NCBI GenBank assembly: GCA_008632985.1
Contig: QPGO01000020.1
Location: forward strand, 620,001 to 684,000
Direction: 5' to 3'
DNA: 64,000 nucleotides
DNA from: Psammoneis japonica
Taxonomy: Eukaryota
The notes beneath the pieces were generated by a model, which searched no databases, had not been told where the DNA came from, and saw nothing but the letters and a program-made list of their open reading frames with translations. Both the position numbers and the translations under genes were made by a program. Below are positions 1-12,132 of the stretch, in pieces. Numbering within the stretch: the stretch's first letter is position 1; each line of letters starts with the position of its first letter.

Positions 1-481
1 GCGTGAGGAGCCAGACGATGCTTTGGATGCTCCACCAGACGAGGAAGTACCGATGGACGATTCAGAGGATCCTGTAGGCGTCGGGTTACTGCAACACGAC
101 CTTGTTCCAGAAGGAGAGGGTGAAGAGGAACCCTTGGGGGAAGTCGTTCCGGCAGCTGACGAGGAGCCTGATGATGCCTTGAATGATCCACCAGATGTGG
201 AACAACCGATGGACGATTCGGAGGAACCTGTGGACGATGGGTTAGTGCAACATGACATTATGCCAGAAGGAGAGGATCAAGACGTGGAGAACGCGGAGTT
301 GCCAGACGAAAACGTCGATCCGGTAGGCATTGTTGTTGTTGCAAGAAACGAGGAGAAAGTAGCCCGTCCTGTCTCTTTGAGACGCTCGCCTAGGCTCGGT
401 GGAGCAACGGGCAGCGTCTTTCTTTCGTCTAATACTGGGTGTGTCGTGCGTAGATCCGCAAGGATCATGAGTCGCCGCTAG
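1..481 (+). CDS. 3' end of an acidic, repeat-containing ORF, probably from an LTR retrotransposon (5'-truncated by the window edge)
   Basis: Open frame from the window edge to TAG at 481. Two ~52-aa D/E/P-rich repeats (DEEPDDAL..PPD.E.PMDDSE.PV..GL.QHD..PEGE) are followed by RRSPRL and RRSARI motifs typical of retroelement polyprotein linkers. Confidence 0.45.
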   Translation, partial: REEPDDALDAPPDEEVPMDDSEDPVGVGLLQHDLVPEGEGEEEPLGEVVPAADEEPDDALNDPPDVEQPMDDSEEPVDDGLVQHDIMPEGEDQDVENAELPDENVDPVGIVVVARNEEKVARPVSLRRSPRLGGATGSVFLSSNTGCVVRRSARIMSRR

Positions 482-875
482 ACTCATTAACTGCTTGTTT
501 TGTACTCTTGGACATGGAGCATGCATGGGGGCATCTCTTGGTTCCATTTCACGGTACAATGCAGCTTTTGTGCGCATCAAAGACTCGCCAACATTGCACG
601 AGTTTGTCGTGCAATTCAAATACCATGGGGTGCGCTCGTTGTGCTACGCTACATTCGAATGCACCCCCAATGTAAGTCGATTTCGTGTCTATTTTGCTCT
701 TCATTCGAGATTTGTTTACTGACATTGCTTTTCATCTTCATTTTGTCGATATAGAAATACACCCTCACACCGGTTCAACCACCCAACTTGAAACGATGCG
801 GCAGTCAGTCTTTGTTGAAATACCAAGGTTCAAGTAACAGTGGGTCCCGCCCCGCGACTTATGTTTTCCGGAACA
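482..875 (+). mobile_element. Probable 3' UTR/LTR of an LTR retrotransposon, ending ...TTCCGGAACA
   Basis: Follows the ORF above and ends in CA at 875 (reverse complement TGTTCCGGAAAA...GGGACCCACTGTTAC, which resembles diatom Copia-type LTR ends as I recall them). The second LTR lies outside the window, so this is unverified. Confidence 0.4.
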
Positions 876-1577
876 AAATGTGTACCAGGCAAGATTGGTG
901 CTTCAACGATATGACGACTCTGCATTTGCTCGAGACCAGCGGTAGTCAATGAACCAACTCCTTACTTATTTCGGACGCGGAGAATGAATTGTGGAAGAAT
1001 GAAAAGAATGAGGTAAGTATTGGCGTCACGGAATGGTTCTGTCTATGCGCCAGGAAGGATAGCGGCTCCTCTCTATGGTAATAAAAGATGGAAAGCATTC
1101 TGTGGCGTCTAGAATAAATATAGAACTTTGTTATTCATGTAGCTTTTCAATCGTCTCGTTCAAATTAATGGATCCCAATACAATCTTTTTATTGCCAAAC
1201 ATAACCATTGCTACCTAGAGAGGCTAGATCCGCATACTGCCTATAGCCTCGCGTTTTTGGCTATGGCCCGTTCCCGATTGGCGTCACGGAAGCAATCGAC
1301 CCTAGTTGTAGCCAAGGGAATCGAATTCAGGGAGAGAAGCATAAAGTAGGATCAATAGTACATGCAGTGTCATGCTAAAGTTGTATTTTGTAGTTCAGAA
1401 TATACTTTGTGTTCTCCACAGCCTGTTCTCGATTCGACCCTATAGCCCGGGAAGCCAAACCGAAAGAGAGAAGCCTAGAGAGTAGGATCAAATACATACC
1501 GGTGGGGCAAGTTCATGCAGTGTAATGCTGGTAATAGCCCAGGATACACTCTTTGAGCTCTATCCCAATCGTTTGTT

Positions 1578-4470
1578 TTACTGCTTGGCTTCGGGCATTG
1601 ATCTCTGAACGCTGGTGATGCGATCTCCCAAACTCAGATCAATGCTTTGTGTCTTGGAACGAATCCCTATGTACCCAGCCAACATGCCGTCGTTGTCATC
1701 CTTCTTGTCTTCACCAAAATCACTACAAAAACAACAAAAGACGCTCGTGTTAGTTGACGGTTTCACCATTGCGCTAAAGTACGCGTGAGGATTGATCCCT
1801 CACGGGTACGCACCCGTGCTTGCAATATAGGGCGGCATACGTCGCAAGGTACCTTGTCGGTGCCAACAGTTTCGCGAGAAGTTTCTTTCTCCCGGTATTA
1901 AAAGTCACTGCTCGTGAAAAAGCGTGTTACAGTACGCAGTATTCAACACGGAACCGCACCGGGAAACAATCGGAAAGCGCACATCGAGAACAAGCACTAT
2001 CTTACTTGCGTAGAGATTGGCGGCAAGGAAGTTTACCGTTGCCGACGTGTCGTGCAGAGTGATGCAACGCATGTTGGTCGACTCGACAATGTCGTTGAGA
2101 AAATCCAATGAGTTGGGAATCAAGGTTGAAATGGCTACCTTGCTTTCCCATTCAAACTAAGCCCACATGGATCGAAAGGCTTCGTCGGTAGAAGTTGCGG
2201 GGCTAATGTATCCATAATGTCCATGTGAATTTCATTGAGATTGATGTATGCCTTCTCTCGTGTCGCCGTGTCTTCGTAGACAATGGTTCCAAAGATGTGC
2301 CCCACATCTCGGTGGAGAAGACCTTGATGGAGGCGCTAACGGTGACCTGATCGAGAGGGCCAGTATTTTGAGACTGCGGTCGTTCGACAATCTTCATGTC
2401 TCACCCATGGTGGCGAGCTCCACCGTCAAGTTGGCTAGTGTCTCGGGAGTACGATTGATGACCAGATCTTTGACAAAGCCCCCCGCGTAGACATTATCCG
2501 CAAACCCACTGAGTTGGTAGACATGATTCAGTTCGGACTAAGCAAATCGTTGGCACCGGCATAACCAGTGGCACGTTCCAAATCGTCTCCGTCGTCAAGT
2601 CGACATCACCACCCTGAACACCCATGGAAAGCAACTGACGAAAGTGGATCAAGTCGTCAAGCTGCGCCGTGACGAGTTTGCCTGCGTCGTCCTCGCCGTC
2701 GGTCGAATCATCGTTGGTTTGTTTCTCCTTGAGTGTCTTTGAGAAACTGGACAGACGTTGCTTTGCCATCGTTCAGCCAGGAGAGCGTCCTTGAGTAAAG
2801 CCTTGGATTCCAACAGCGCACGGCAATAGAGTAATGCGTTTTGAACAATCAGCCGCGGCGGGACGATGAGCTGAAGCGCTGGCCTCGGCCATTTTGACTA
2901 CATCACACATGATAAGCAGCGTGTCGGACGTCGTTTTCCTAACCACCAATGGGTCCATTAGAGGCAAATCCGTACCCCTCAAACACAGCTTGGTGAGGCA
3001 AGGAGCTAGAATGGTTCATAAGCCATCTTGCGCAAATGAGAAGTATTATCTGACTCGTCCGGACGAACGGCTTCGGAGTAGACGGTCTGTGTTGCACAAG
3101 CACCGTCGGCCAACACGACGCTCTTGGTAATCATTTTGGGAGCTTCTTCTTTGTGCTTCTCTTCATGATTGTCTTCCTTGGCAATCAAGAATAGGGTCGG
3201 ACTTAACTGTTCCGAAATAGTTTGAAAGATCTCCACAATGGTTTCCTCCGTATCTGATCATTCACCCAAGTTCCAGAGGCATACGCTCATAACGTTGCTA
3301 TAGAAGAAATGTCCTCGACGGAATCCAACAACTTGGGCAGGATGGATCCTGGCAGTGCGGGGTACTGTTTGACAATGGCTCATGACAAAATAGCAACCTG
3401 CATGCCACCAACAGCGTCCAAAAAGTCCATGAGGGTAAAAACAACCGACTCGGCAACATTGTTGAATCGCACGGCGCATCCACGAATGGCCCGAATCAGC
3501 ATGTTCCGGTAGGCCATGCCCTAAGATTCCGCCATGGTGGAGTCCTGCTCTTGAGCCATCTTAGCAAACTCGCACTCTAGCGTCGATACCACATCAGCGA
3601 CGTAACGAGGGGTGACAATGTCCATGGCAACATCGAGGACCTTCTTACAGATATCAGCGCTTGGGGAACTGAGAGCACTTAGAATGCCCATGAGCGGTTC
3701 CTGCAAGATCTTGCAATGACGAGTCATGAGGTCTTCCAATCGCTCAAGAACAATGAGCTTGATATTGTTTTCGTTCTTGCTATTCAAAAAGTGTGCATAA
3801 GTGACGGCGACATCCCGAGTGGTAGTGGGCACCGAAGAAAGCGATACTAGAGTCCAAGCTGCCTCGTAGGACACGGCAGCAGACGTGCTGGAAAGCATCT
3901 AACAAGACCCGGACAAATCGTGACTTTTGGGTAGGATCACGACGATACACCTTACGAGTTAGTTCCAGAACAAGCAAGGCGAATCCATCTCCGTACTTGC
4001 CACTGTCATCCATGTTTTGGGCCAAGAACAGCATGGCCATATCCTCCGACTGATTGAAAGCATGAGAAAAGCATTTCTCCTCGGAGCCACGTCTGCTTCG
4101 GCTTGGAGGAATTCGCACATGAGCTCTAATGCATTATAAGAATCAAGTGCTCTCCAAACAGCTTGTGAGCATGAAATACGGCCAGTGCCGTGTTCTTACG
4201 GGCGTTTTGATGACGGTGTTCTAGACAAGCCTTGATGGAGGGGATGAGTAGATCGAGATCCACTCATCCTTTACTTTACAAAGAGCATGCTGCCTCGTAC
4301 GTATTCATTTGGGTGATTCAAATCTTTCATAAGTGCATTACACAGCAAGAGCATTTCAGGAAGCATCTTGCGCCGAACCGGCGGACCTCCTGCAGCAGCC
4401 GCCTACACTAGATCGAATGTCGGTTCTTGATAGTTGGGCATAACCTCCAGTAAAGCATGCATAGCTTCTT
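1578..4470 (-). pseudogene. COPB1: Coatomer subunit beta (beta-COP) pseudogene
   Basis: Collinear fragments in shifting frames: SAAVSYEAAWTLVSLS..NNIKLIVLERL..LSSPSADICKKVLDVAMDIV; QLDDLIHFRQL; MKIVERPQS..SASIKVFSTE; DFLNDIVESTNMRCIT..FLAANLYA; GYIGIRSKTQSIDLSLGDRITSVQR. Multiple frameshifts and stops; intron remnants retained. Confidence 0.85.
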
Positions 4471-5450
4471 CAATTGCTATCATGCTTCAATTGCTTATCA
4501 TGTGAATTGATACATAACCGAATCATATGATTCAGTTCGGAACCAAGCAAACAACTCCACGTGATTTTGCATCATTCACTCGGCGTGTTATTGTTGCAGG
4601 TTGCAGATGTGCGGTACTTTCACGCCAGTATCCTGGAAGAAGAACGCATCAGTTTTATGGGTGTTCCTTGGATAGATTAAGCTTTCGTTTTTGACGACAT
4701 GGTGTAAATTTGATATTTCTTTCAAGCACAATTCGATTGCCAAATCTGCCATTTCGCAACAAGTGTCAGCACATGCAATCAAAATTTGGGGCTTGACGGG
4801 GCAGAACCACAGCAAGCAGAACCACTGCTTTTCGAAAAAGAGCAAATCGCCAAGGAGAAACTTGCATTTGGGTCCACTATAGGATGCCATAGCCGCCACG
4901 AGAACAAGCGGAGTCGACTATTCGAGTGTATAGTGCGTTTGCTTGTGATTCAAATTTACCGTATTGCTTCTTCTGCTCTTCGAAGCATTGACATCATCGC
5001 TGCGATGTTTTTTGCACCATTTCACACCATACACCATTGCTCAGCTCAGCGTCATACTGTAGTATACCGCAACCCCTCCTTTTCTGCAGCAAGAATGAGG
5101 ACTTTGTATTCTGCCATTTCCCACGTGTTACTCTTGACTTTTTGGACTGCCATGAACGATCGCAACCTCTCTCGTCAAGTGGGTATGATAATGCTGTGAT
5201 ATGAGTTGGAAAGTTGAAATGGGCTTGGATGCACGGCTAACGTACAGACAGTACGAGGACTGAACGGTAATTCCCCTTTGTAGGATCTGGTGCGCTTTCT
5301 ACCATTTATTTCCCCAGTAGAAGCGTACGAGTTTGCCGCAGTACTTTCAGGTATAAACGATATACGGGGACATAGGAATAACAAATAATGTACAAAATTT
5401 TGAAATCAGAATTTCTCCCTCCACCTCCACATCGCACAGCGAACCATGGC

Positions 5451-5660
5451 ATGGCGTCGTCAGCGACTGTCCTGTCGAAACGCGTCAGTCTTCCCAAGTC
5501 GGGTAGAGATGCAGTTGTTCTGTCTTTAAATCGTCCCGATCGTCTGAACTGTTTCAACACACAAGTTTGCGAATTGTTGTCGAGACATGTTTCCGAGCAG
5601 TTGGTGTTGGATGCAGAAAATGTGGCTGCAGTGATTTTGACGGGAGAAGGGAGATCGTTT
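5451..5660 (+). pseudogene. Enoyl-CoA hydratase/crotonase N-terminal fragment
   Basis: AVVLSLNRPDRLNCFNTQVC...VAAVILTGEGRSF is the crotonase N-terminal signature; homology is lost immediately afterwards. Confidence 0.7.
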
Positions 5661-7319
5661 TGGCGCGATGGCAGGAACATCCAAGGATCAGCATTACAAC
5701 GTTGCAGGAACAGCAGCAGCGATCCATTTTTGTGCAATTTGAAAACCCGGTGCAACAAGAACCATCCGACGGAGATGCACCATGATTGCCAGCAAACTCG
5801 CTTCTTGCGTGTGCGCTGAATGCTTGTAAACGTCCAATACGGCAGTAACCCGGTGCCAACCAACGCACTTTCTAGTGCAACGGTTGTTTAAGCAGGAACC
5901 ATATGAGGGCCAGCCCCTGCTTTCTTTTTTTGAATGCACGCTGAACGCCTGTAGACGTCGTGGACTAAGACGGTGTGCTTGATAACCCCGAAGTGCAGCC
6001 TTTTTCGTGAAGGTTGTAAGGTGGTTCAGACCGCTTGAGTTGCTCATTGAGCATCTCATATCTGATCCCCCGTAGGTTTAATACTCCTATGGGTCGCCGG
6101 CCCGTTATATCAGCTATATTCTCCACGTCCCACAGCGTTTGAAGATCTATTTGTTACGCTCGTTCGTATTGATCTTCTCGCTGAGTTATATACTATAACT
6201 CACACTTTTTTTTCAGATTTGATTTCTATTTTTGACAGACGAATATGAATGGAGAAGAGTGCTTCCGAGGGGCTACACATTTACAGTGACATCTACGTTT
6301 GCTGCAATATTGACAGGACAGTGGCATTCTCATTGCTTATTATTGTGGCCATCATATGTCGTTTGCAACAAGACAAAGTGTTGAGACGTATCGGCAAGGG
6401 TTTATTCTCGAGAGTCGGATATACATAAAGGGTTTTCCTCGGGCTCCTTCAAGTATCTGTCATTCGAGTCACTCGGTTTGAGACGTGATAGCGAAAGCAC
6501 ATCTACCTCCAATATTTACGTAGTCCACGCCGTGGATGGCGTTCTTACGCAACAGGCGCGTCTCTGGCCCTTGGCGGTTGACGTGTTCCCCGAGAAGCAT
6601 CCCTCTCGCGACACTCCTACGGTACAAATGACGCGACTCCCTGAGCCTTGGTGGTTACTTTGTTTGAAACTAGGATACCGGTAGATAATCGAGAATGCCG
6701 CCCAATCGCTCCATCCAATTTATGTAAAAGCGGTTCTGCGTTGCGAGCAGTCGACCCGAGTGCGTTCTCCAAGACGCAGCAGTCACTTTATTCAATTTCA
6801 ATAAGCACTCGCAGTTTCACGCCCGCCGCCCCAAGCCCATTCACCGTGTTCGCCCTTCTTCTTGTGGCTCCTTACATAAAACAGATCGTTTTCCGAAATT
6901 GCAGAGGGCTGCGTCAGGGCTGCACCATTTGCTGAGTGCTGAAAGAAGGTACAACGAAGGAGGCGATGCGGTCGACGTAGCGAAGCACTGCCTCCCTCGT
7001 TTGAGTTATCAACGCGCTTTGGGTCCACCCAAATAGCCCTGAAACAATCCCTCATACAGTAACTTGACGGGCAAGCAATGTTACATTCCCTTTTTGCACT
7101 TAGGACACTAGACCGATTAAAATGCATCTTTTAGCTAGCAAGCATCTCAAACGGTTTAACGTACTCGCAAGAATCACGATTCTACCATAGAGAGAAGTGG
7201 CATTAATACTTCATGCCAGTAAAGGCTTTAGCTTAGTCTGAAACAAGAAAAAATACCGTGTTGTGAGAGACATATGCAAACAGTCGCCAGAAAGTAAACG
7301 AGTCAGATTGAGTTCCTAA

Positions 7320-9329
7320 CTACGCACCTGGAATACCGTGATCCATGCCTGCTCCCATGGCGTTCTGGTCAAACATCCTCTGCTCATCCTCTTCGCTCAT
7401 CTCAATCGGAATTTCCGTCACCAGGCATTCGGTCGTGAGAACCAATCCAGCGACACTGGCCGAGTTTTCAATGGCGTTAATAGCCACCTTGGCTGGGTCA
7501 ATGACACCTCTCTCCATCAAGTCGCAGTATTCCAGGGCGGCAGCATCCCAACCCCAACCAAACTTCAAGAACAGAGGATAACGAGAAGATTCCGTGAGGA
7601 TGCATGATAACAATACTAGTGTGGCAGGATACAAAGACAACTTACTCCCTTTTCTTCCATAAGAGCTTGAATCTTGGCTAGAACCACGGCTCCTTCGATA
7701 CCTACATTCTCTGCAACTTGCATGGCAGGAGCCGACAATGCCTTGATGAGAATGGAAGCACCTTGCTTTTCATCGTCGCTGTCCATTGCTTTAATGCTCT
7801 TGTCACCCATAACGTTTTGGGGGTGCACAAGGCACGATCCTCCGCCGCGAACAATTCCCATTTCTCTAGCACTATCGACCGAGTTGAGGGCATCCCCGTA
7901 ACGGAGTTTCTTGTCCTTGAGCTCGGTTTCGGTGGCAGCGCCCACTTTGATACGTGCAATACCACCGCCCAAAGGCAGCGATACGCTATATAGACACTTT
8001 TCACATTGTTAAGCCGTGCCTGCCGCTTCGCATTCCTTTCGAAGCTGCAGGATTCTTGCATTGATGGATTCTTCCTGTTTACCATCCGTGACAATCGTAG
8101 TAAGTTCCGTGGCCACCACGATGCGTTCCGCTGTTCCAAACATGTCAATTGTGACAGAGTCACGCGTAACGCCAACTTCTTCTGCAACAAAGGTGGCATC
8201 TGTGGCGATCGCAATATGCTGTGTGTACTCCCTTCGCCTGTTTCCAAATCCGGGAGCCTTAATGGCAACCACGTCCAACACTCCTCGCATCTTGTTAACA
8301 TCAAGCGCAGAGAGGGCTTCACCCGTTACGTCTTTCGCAACAATCAAGATGGGGTCCTTGGTCTTGACCAATTGTTCCAAGAGGGGGACGACGTCAATGA
8401 CATTTTCAATCTTGTAGTCCGTAACCAAGGCACGAGGATTGACCAATTCTTCTACTTGACGCACCTGGGCTTAAAATGCACGGAGAAATGTATCCGCTGT
8501 CAATGGTGAGGCCCTCGGTGAATTCAATTTCGTCCACCAGAGTCTGAGACTCTTCCACCACGGTAGATCCATCCTCTCCAACCTTGTCAGCAGCCTGAGC
8601 AATGATACGACCCATGTCAACCGATCCAGAAACAATGGTGGCAGTGTTCCTCAAATCGCTGATACTAGTCACATCCTTTATAGAGGTTACAATTCACGTG
8701 AAAAAGATGAATTAGGCATACAGTACAAACACGATACGGTACACAGTCGAAAGACGAGTGATATTAAAATGCAAGAATAGCACAGTACACAAAAGTTGCC
8801 GTACCTGTGCCAACTCCTTGATTTCGTCCGAAACGATCCTCGTTTCTTTGCGAATACCTATGTTGAGTGCGACGAGGTTGACTCCTGACGTGGCAGATCT
8901 CATACCGTTATTGACAATAGCCTGTGTCATGATTGTCGACGTGGTGGTTTCATCGCCCGCCTTACTGTCACTCTTGGATGCCACTTCTTGAATAAGTCTC
9001 GCTCCAACATTCTGCCCGTGGTCTTTTAAGGGAAATCTCTCGCGCAATCGTGACGCCATCGTTGACAACTTCGGGAGCTCCATAGTTGCAATCCAACACC
9101 ACGTTGCGACCCTCGGGACCGAGAGTCACCTTGACAGCACTGGCAACGGCGTTAATGCCGTCGACGAGGGCTTTGTGCGATTCTTCACGAAAGGTCACCT
9201 TCTTGACGTGAAGCGAGGTGTCAAAGGCAACAGGAGGTGTTTTGATGCGCGAGAGACAAATGCACTTGCGGACGACGACTGTGTCCGTACAATGGCCACC
9301 AGCAGCGAAACGGCAATGGAAAATCTCAT
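7320..9329 (-). pseudogene. cpn60: Plastid-targeted chaperonin 60 (GroEL family) pseudogene
   Basis: [10 protein letters not shown]...SASAF leader, then [35 protein letters not shown] (the GDGTTT motif altered), [59 protein letters not shown]. Several frameshifts; introns retained. Confidence 0.9.
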
Positions 9330-9440
9330 GGTGTGATACTGTCGTAAAGCGTGGCTTTCAACACACACTTAAACACCTGTTGTTTCACACAAGTATCACG
9401 TAAAGTCAAATACCGACTATCAGCCAGTCACGTGCGTCCC

Positions 9441-11271
9441 TTAACGTATTTTGGTTCGAAGCTCGTGGACAGCGGAAGACAAGTTGAGAAGCTCTAGATC
9501 CTTTTCCTTCCGGTTCGCTAGTCCCCACTGATAAGGAGCTTCTCCTTCTCGACGCACCATGGTGTCATTCATGTAGAGTTCTACCGACTTGACAGAATCA
9601 TCGAGATCGGTCGTCTCGACTGCAATACCAAGATTTGTCGAGACAAGGCTGAAACGGACGCCAAGAGGTCCCTCGGTTTGTTTAGGAGTGGGTGGAGGAG
9701 TAGGACCTGGTATAGGCCGCGGGGTCGGAATGGTGGGAGAAGCTGGTTCGGGTGTTAGACTACGTGGTCCATCAGCTCTGCTCCACGTGTTTTGCACAAC
9801 CCTCGGGCAAGGACCAGGATACTTTCCACCCCTGCGATCAATATCAAAGATGTGAGTACCATCCTCCGGATTGCGCAGAATAGAGAAAACCGTTGCTGGG
9901 GCCTCTTCTACCGCTTCGAGTTCCACTTCTACCAAATTGGGATTCCTATCGTCAAGGTAGTTCACACAGTAGTCGTGACCTAGATGGGCAAAGCAAGCAG
10001 CAAAGCGGGGATCAGTACAGGGACACTAACGACGGCGTTCGGAGCAAGAAAGCATTGAAAAAAGAAGCACGCACCATCTCCATGCAGGTAGAGAACGGGA
10101 AGCTCCTTGAATTCCTCCCGAAGCAATTTTTGGAAGGGCAAACCAAAGTCCCTCCTCCGTTCTCCGCCCATGCGTGCGTGGCCAAATATCACCGCCGAAA
10201 CAATCGCATCCTTGTGCTCACGAAGATTCTTTCTCACCCATTGAAAGTTCTGTGCAACACGAACACTGCAAATGAAAAGGAGTATGCGTGAGTGACATGT
10301 ACTAGCGCAGAGGCATATGCGTACGGGAACGTATCAATTTCTAGAGCTCACCTTTAGTTTCAGTAGAAATGGCGACGGACGGAGAGACAAATAGTGAGCA
10401 ACAGAGGGAGGGAGTGCAAGGAACGCATAAAAGGACAAGGACCACCACTCACCAACGGTACCGCCTCCTGGTTGAGCAGAACGAATAGGGAAAACGTGAG
10501 AAAAGGACTCACATGCCCGGAAAGGGTCTATAGCCAGTCATTGCGAGACTTGCCAACCATGTGAAGCCCAACGAACAATACATTGTCTTTGACAAAGGCA
10601 AAGTTTTCTCCTCGGTCAACACCGGGACGTCTCTCTACGCCAAACTGCCTTTTGACGTTGCTGAACTTTGAGGATAGGGTGCCAAACCCGAACTGATTGC
10701 CAGGACCAAAGTAGTTTGCCCAATGCTCCCACGCTTCCTCACGATCGGCGCAATCATTCCACTCATTGTCACCCACAACCCAAAACACGTCCTTGGGATT
10801 ATAGCGCACGGCATTATCCGGATGAGCAAAGATCCGAAAGACAGACTCGCTGCATTTGCCTCCGCCGGGTTTGATGTCACCGAGGTGGATCAAGAAGGAT
10901 GGCGAATTAGGAGACTCAAAGTCGAGCTCGCGCAGCTGATGGTTGAGACAGTACCTATAATCAAAAGATGGATGAGAGATCAAGCGTAAGAGCTGAACGT
11001 AAAAGAAGAAAGATCTAGTCTGGACAGTTGCTCATGCAGTGCGGCATACACACCTTTCCGACAAGGCATAGGGCCCATCAGCAAGAGCCGCAAAGCTGAC
11101 TACCTTCTCCGCCTTGACAGAGGGACCAAACGCAGGCATCGGATCGTCACCGCAGGTAAAGAGCTCACGTTGGCCATGGTCAAGAAGAGGGATCTCAGAG
11201 GAACGCAACTGACCCGTGACCAAGGGCAAAAAGGCGACAAGCACTGGAGCAAACCTTGGAAGCGACTTCAT
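9441..11271 (-). CDS. Secreted calcineurin-like metallophosphoesterase, multi-exon (exon limits approximate; may be 3'-truncated)
   Basis: Signal peptide MKSLPRFAPVLVAFLPLVTG. Motifs FAALADGPY, IHLGDIK, VVGDNEWNDC, VIFGHA, LYLHGDG occur in successive exons; Pro/Thr linker near the C-terminus. Confidence 0.7.
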
Positions 11272-12132
11272 TTCAACCTCGTCCTCAAGATATTGTGAGA
11301 AACTTTTGCTGTTTCCATAATTTCTGCGGTATTTTCTGCAGATCCTCCTAAAAGGCTCTTGTTTTCGCCCCTATGACACTGTTACGGACTGGAGAAATTA
11401 AGCCATCAATCAGCACGGATCCGGGTATCATCTGTCATGTCCTTTTCGTCCTCAACATCGGGAAACTCCCTGCGTGGTGAGTCGCATGGCAGTATGGATG
11501 AAGCACGCGGTTGCGGGTTGCAGATTGCAGGCAGCAATCTTACATACCATACACTTCCAGTCCGACTCAAAAAGACCAGGGACGAGAACAACGGCATAGA
11601 GATGATATTGTCGTTGTTCCGATATGTAGATAGAGCGTTACTACGTACTGTATTGGCAAGAGACTGCTGGGCGTTCGTTGCGTTCTCTTCCGCCGCCGTC
11701 ACCTCTTTGATTGACATCAACAACATGGTGATGGTGCATGGTTCGCGCGAATTCAAACGCGCGTGTATCATGATTTAGTCGCAGAAGTCAATTTAAATAA
11801 TACACTGGGATCTGTAGGTTGATAAATTACCGTTGGGCTTCGGTTCATCATATTAACACATTTAAAGTAAGTATAAACACATAGAATCTCAACGGAAAAG
11901 GTACGACAGAAAACGGAATCGGCGATTGGCGATGATGTGATCAAACACACCACGCATCTTCAAGTTGTGTTCTGTTCTCGGCAGACACCAAGAAGTAACA
12001 AGTGTGTGACCAAGAACATTATAGCCGAAGACACGGTCATCTCTCGACCCGTTCCGTTTCGTTGTGCTCTGCGCTTTCTTGATTAGAAGCATCCAGCAAC
12101 GCTAAAAACATTGAGTGGGAACCCAAGAAAAA

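Noticed and set aside
1190..1540. Short diverged direct repeats (gagagaagc..agtaggatcaa..catgcagtgt.atgct)
   Set aside because: Only two degenerate copies, with no structure or function inferable.
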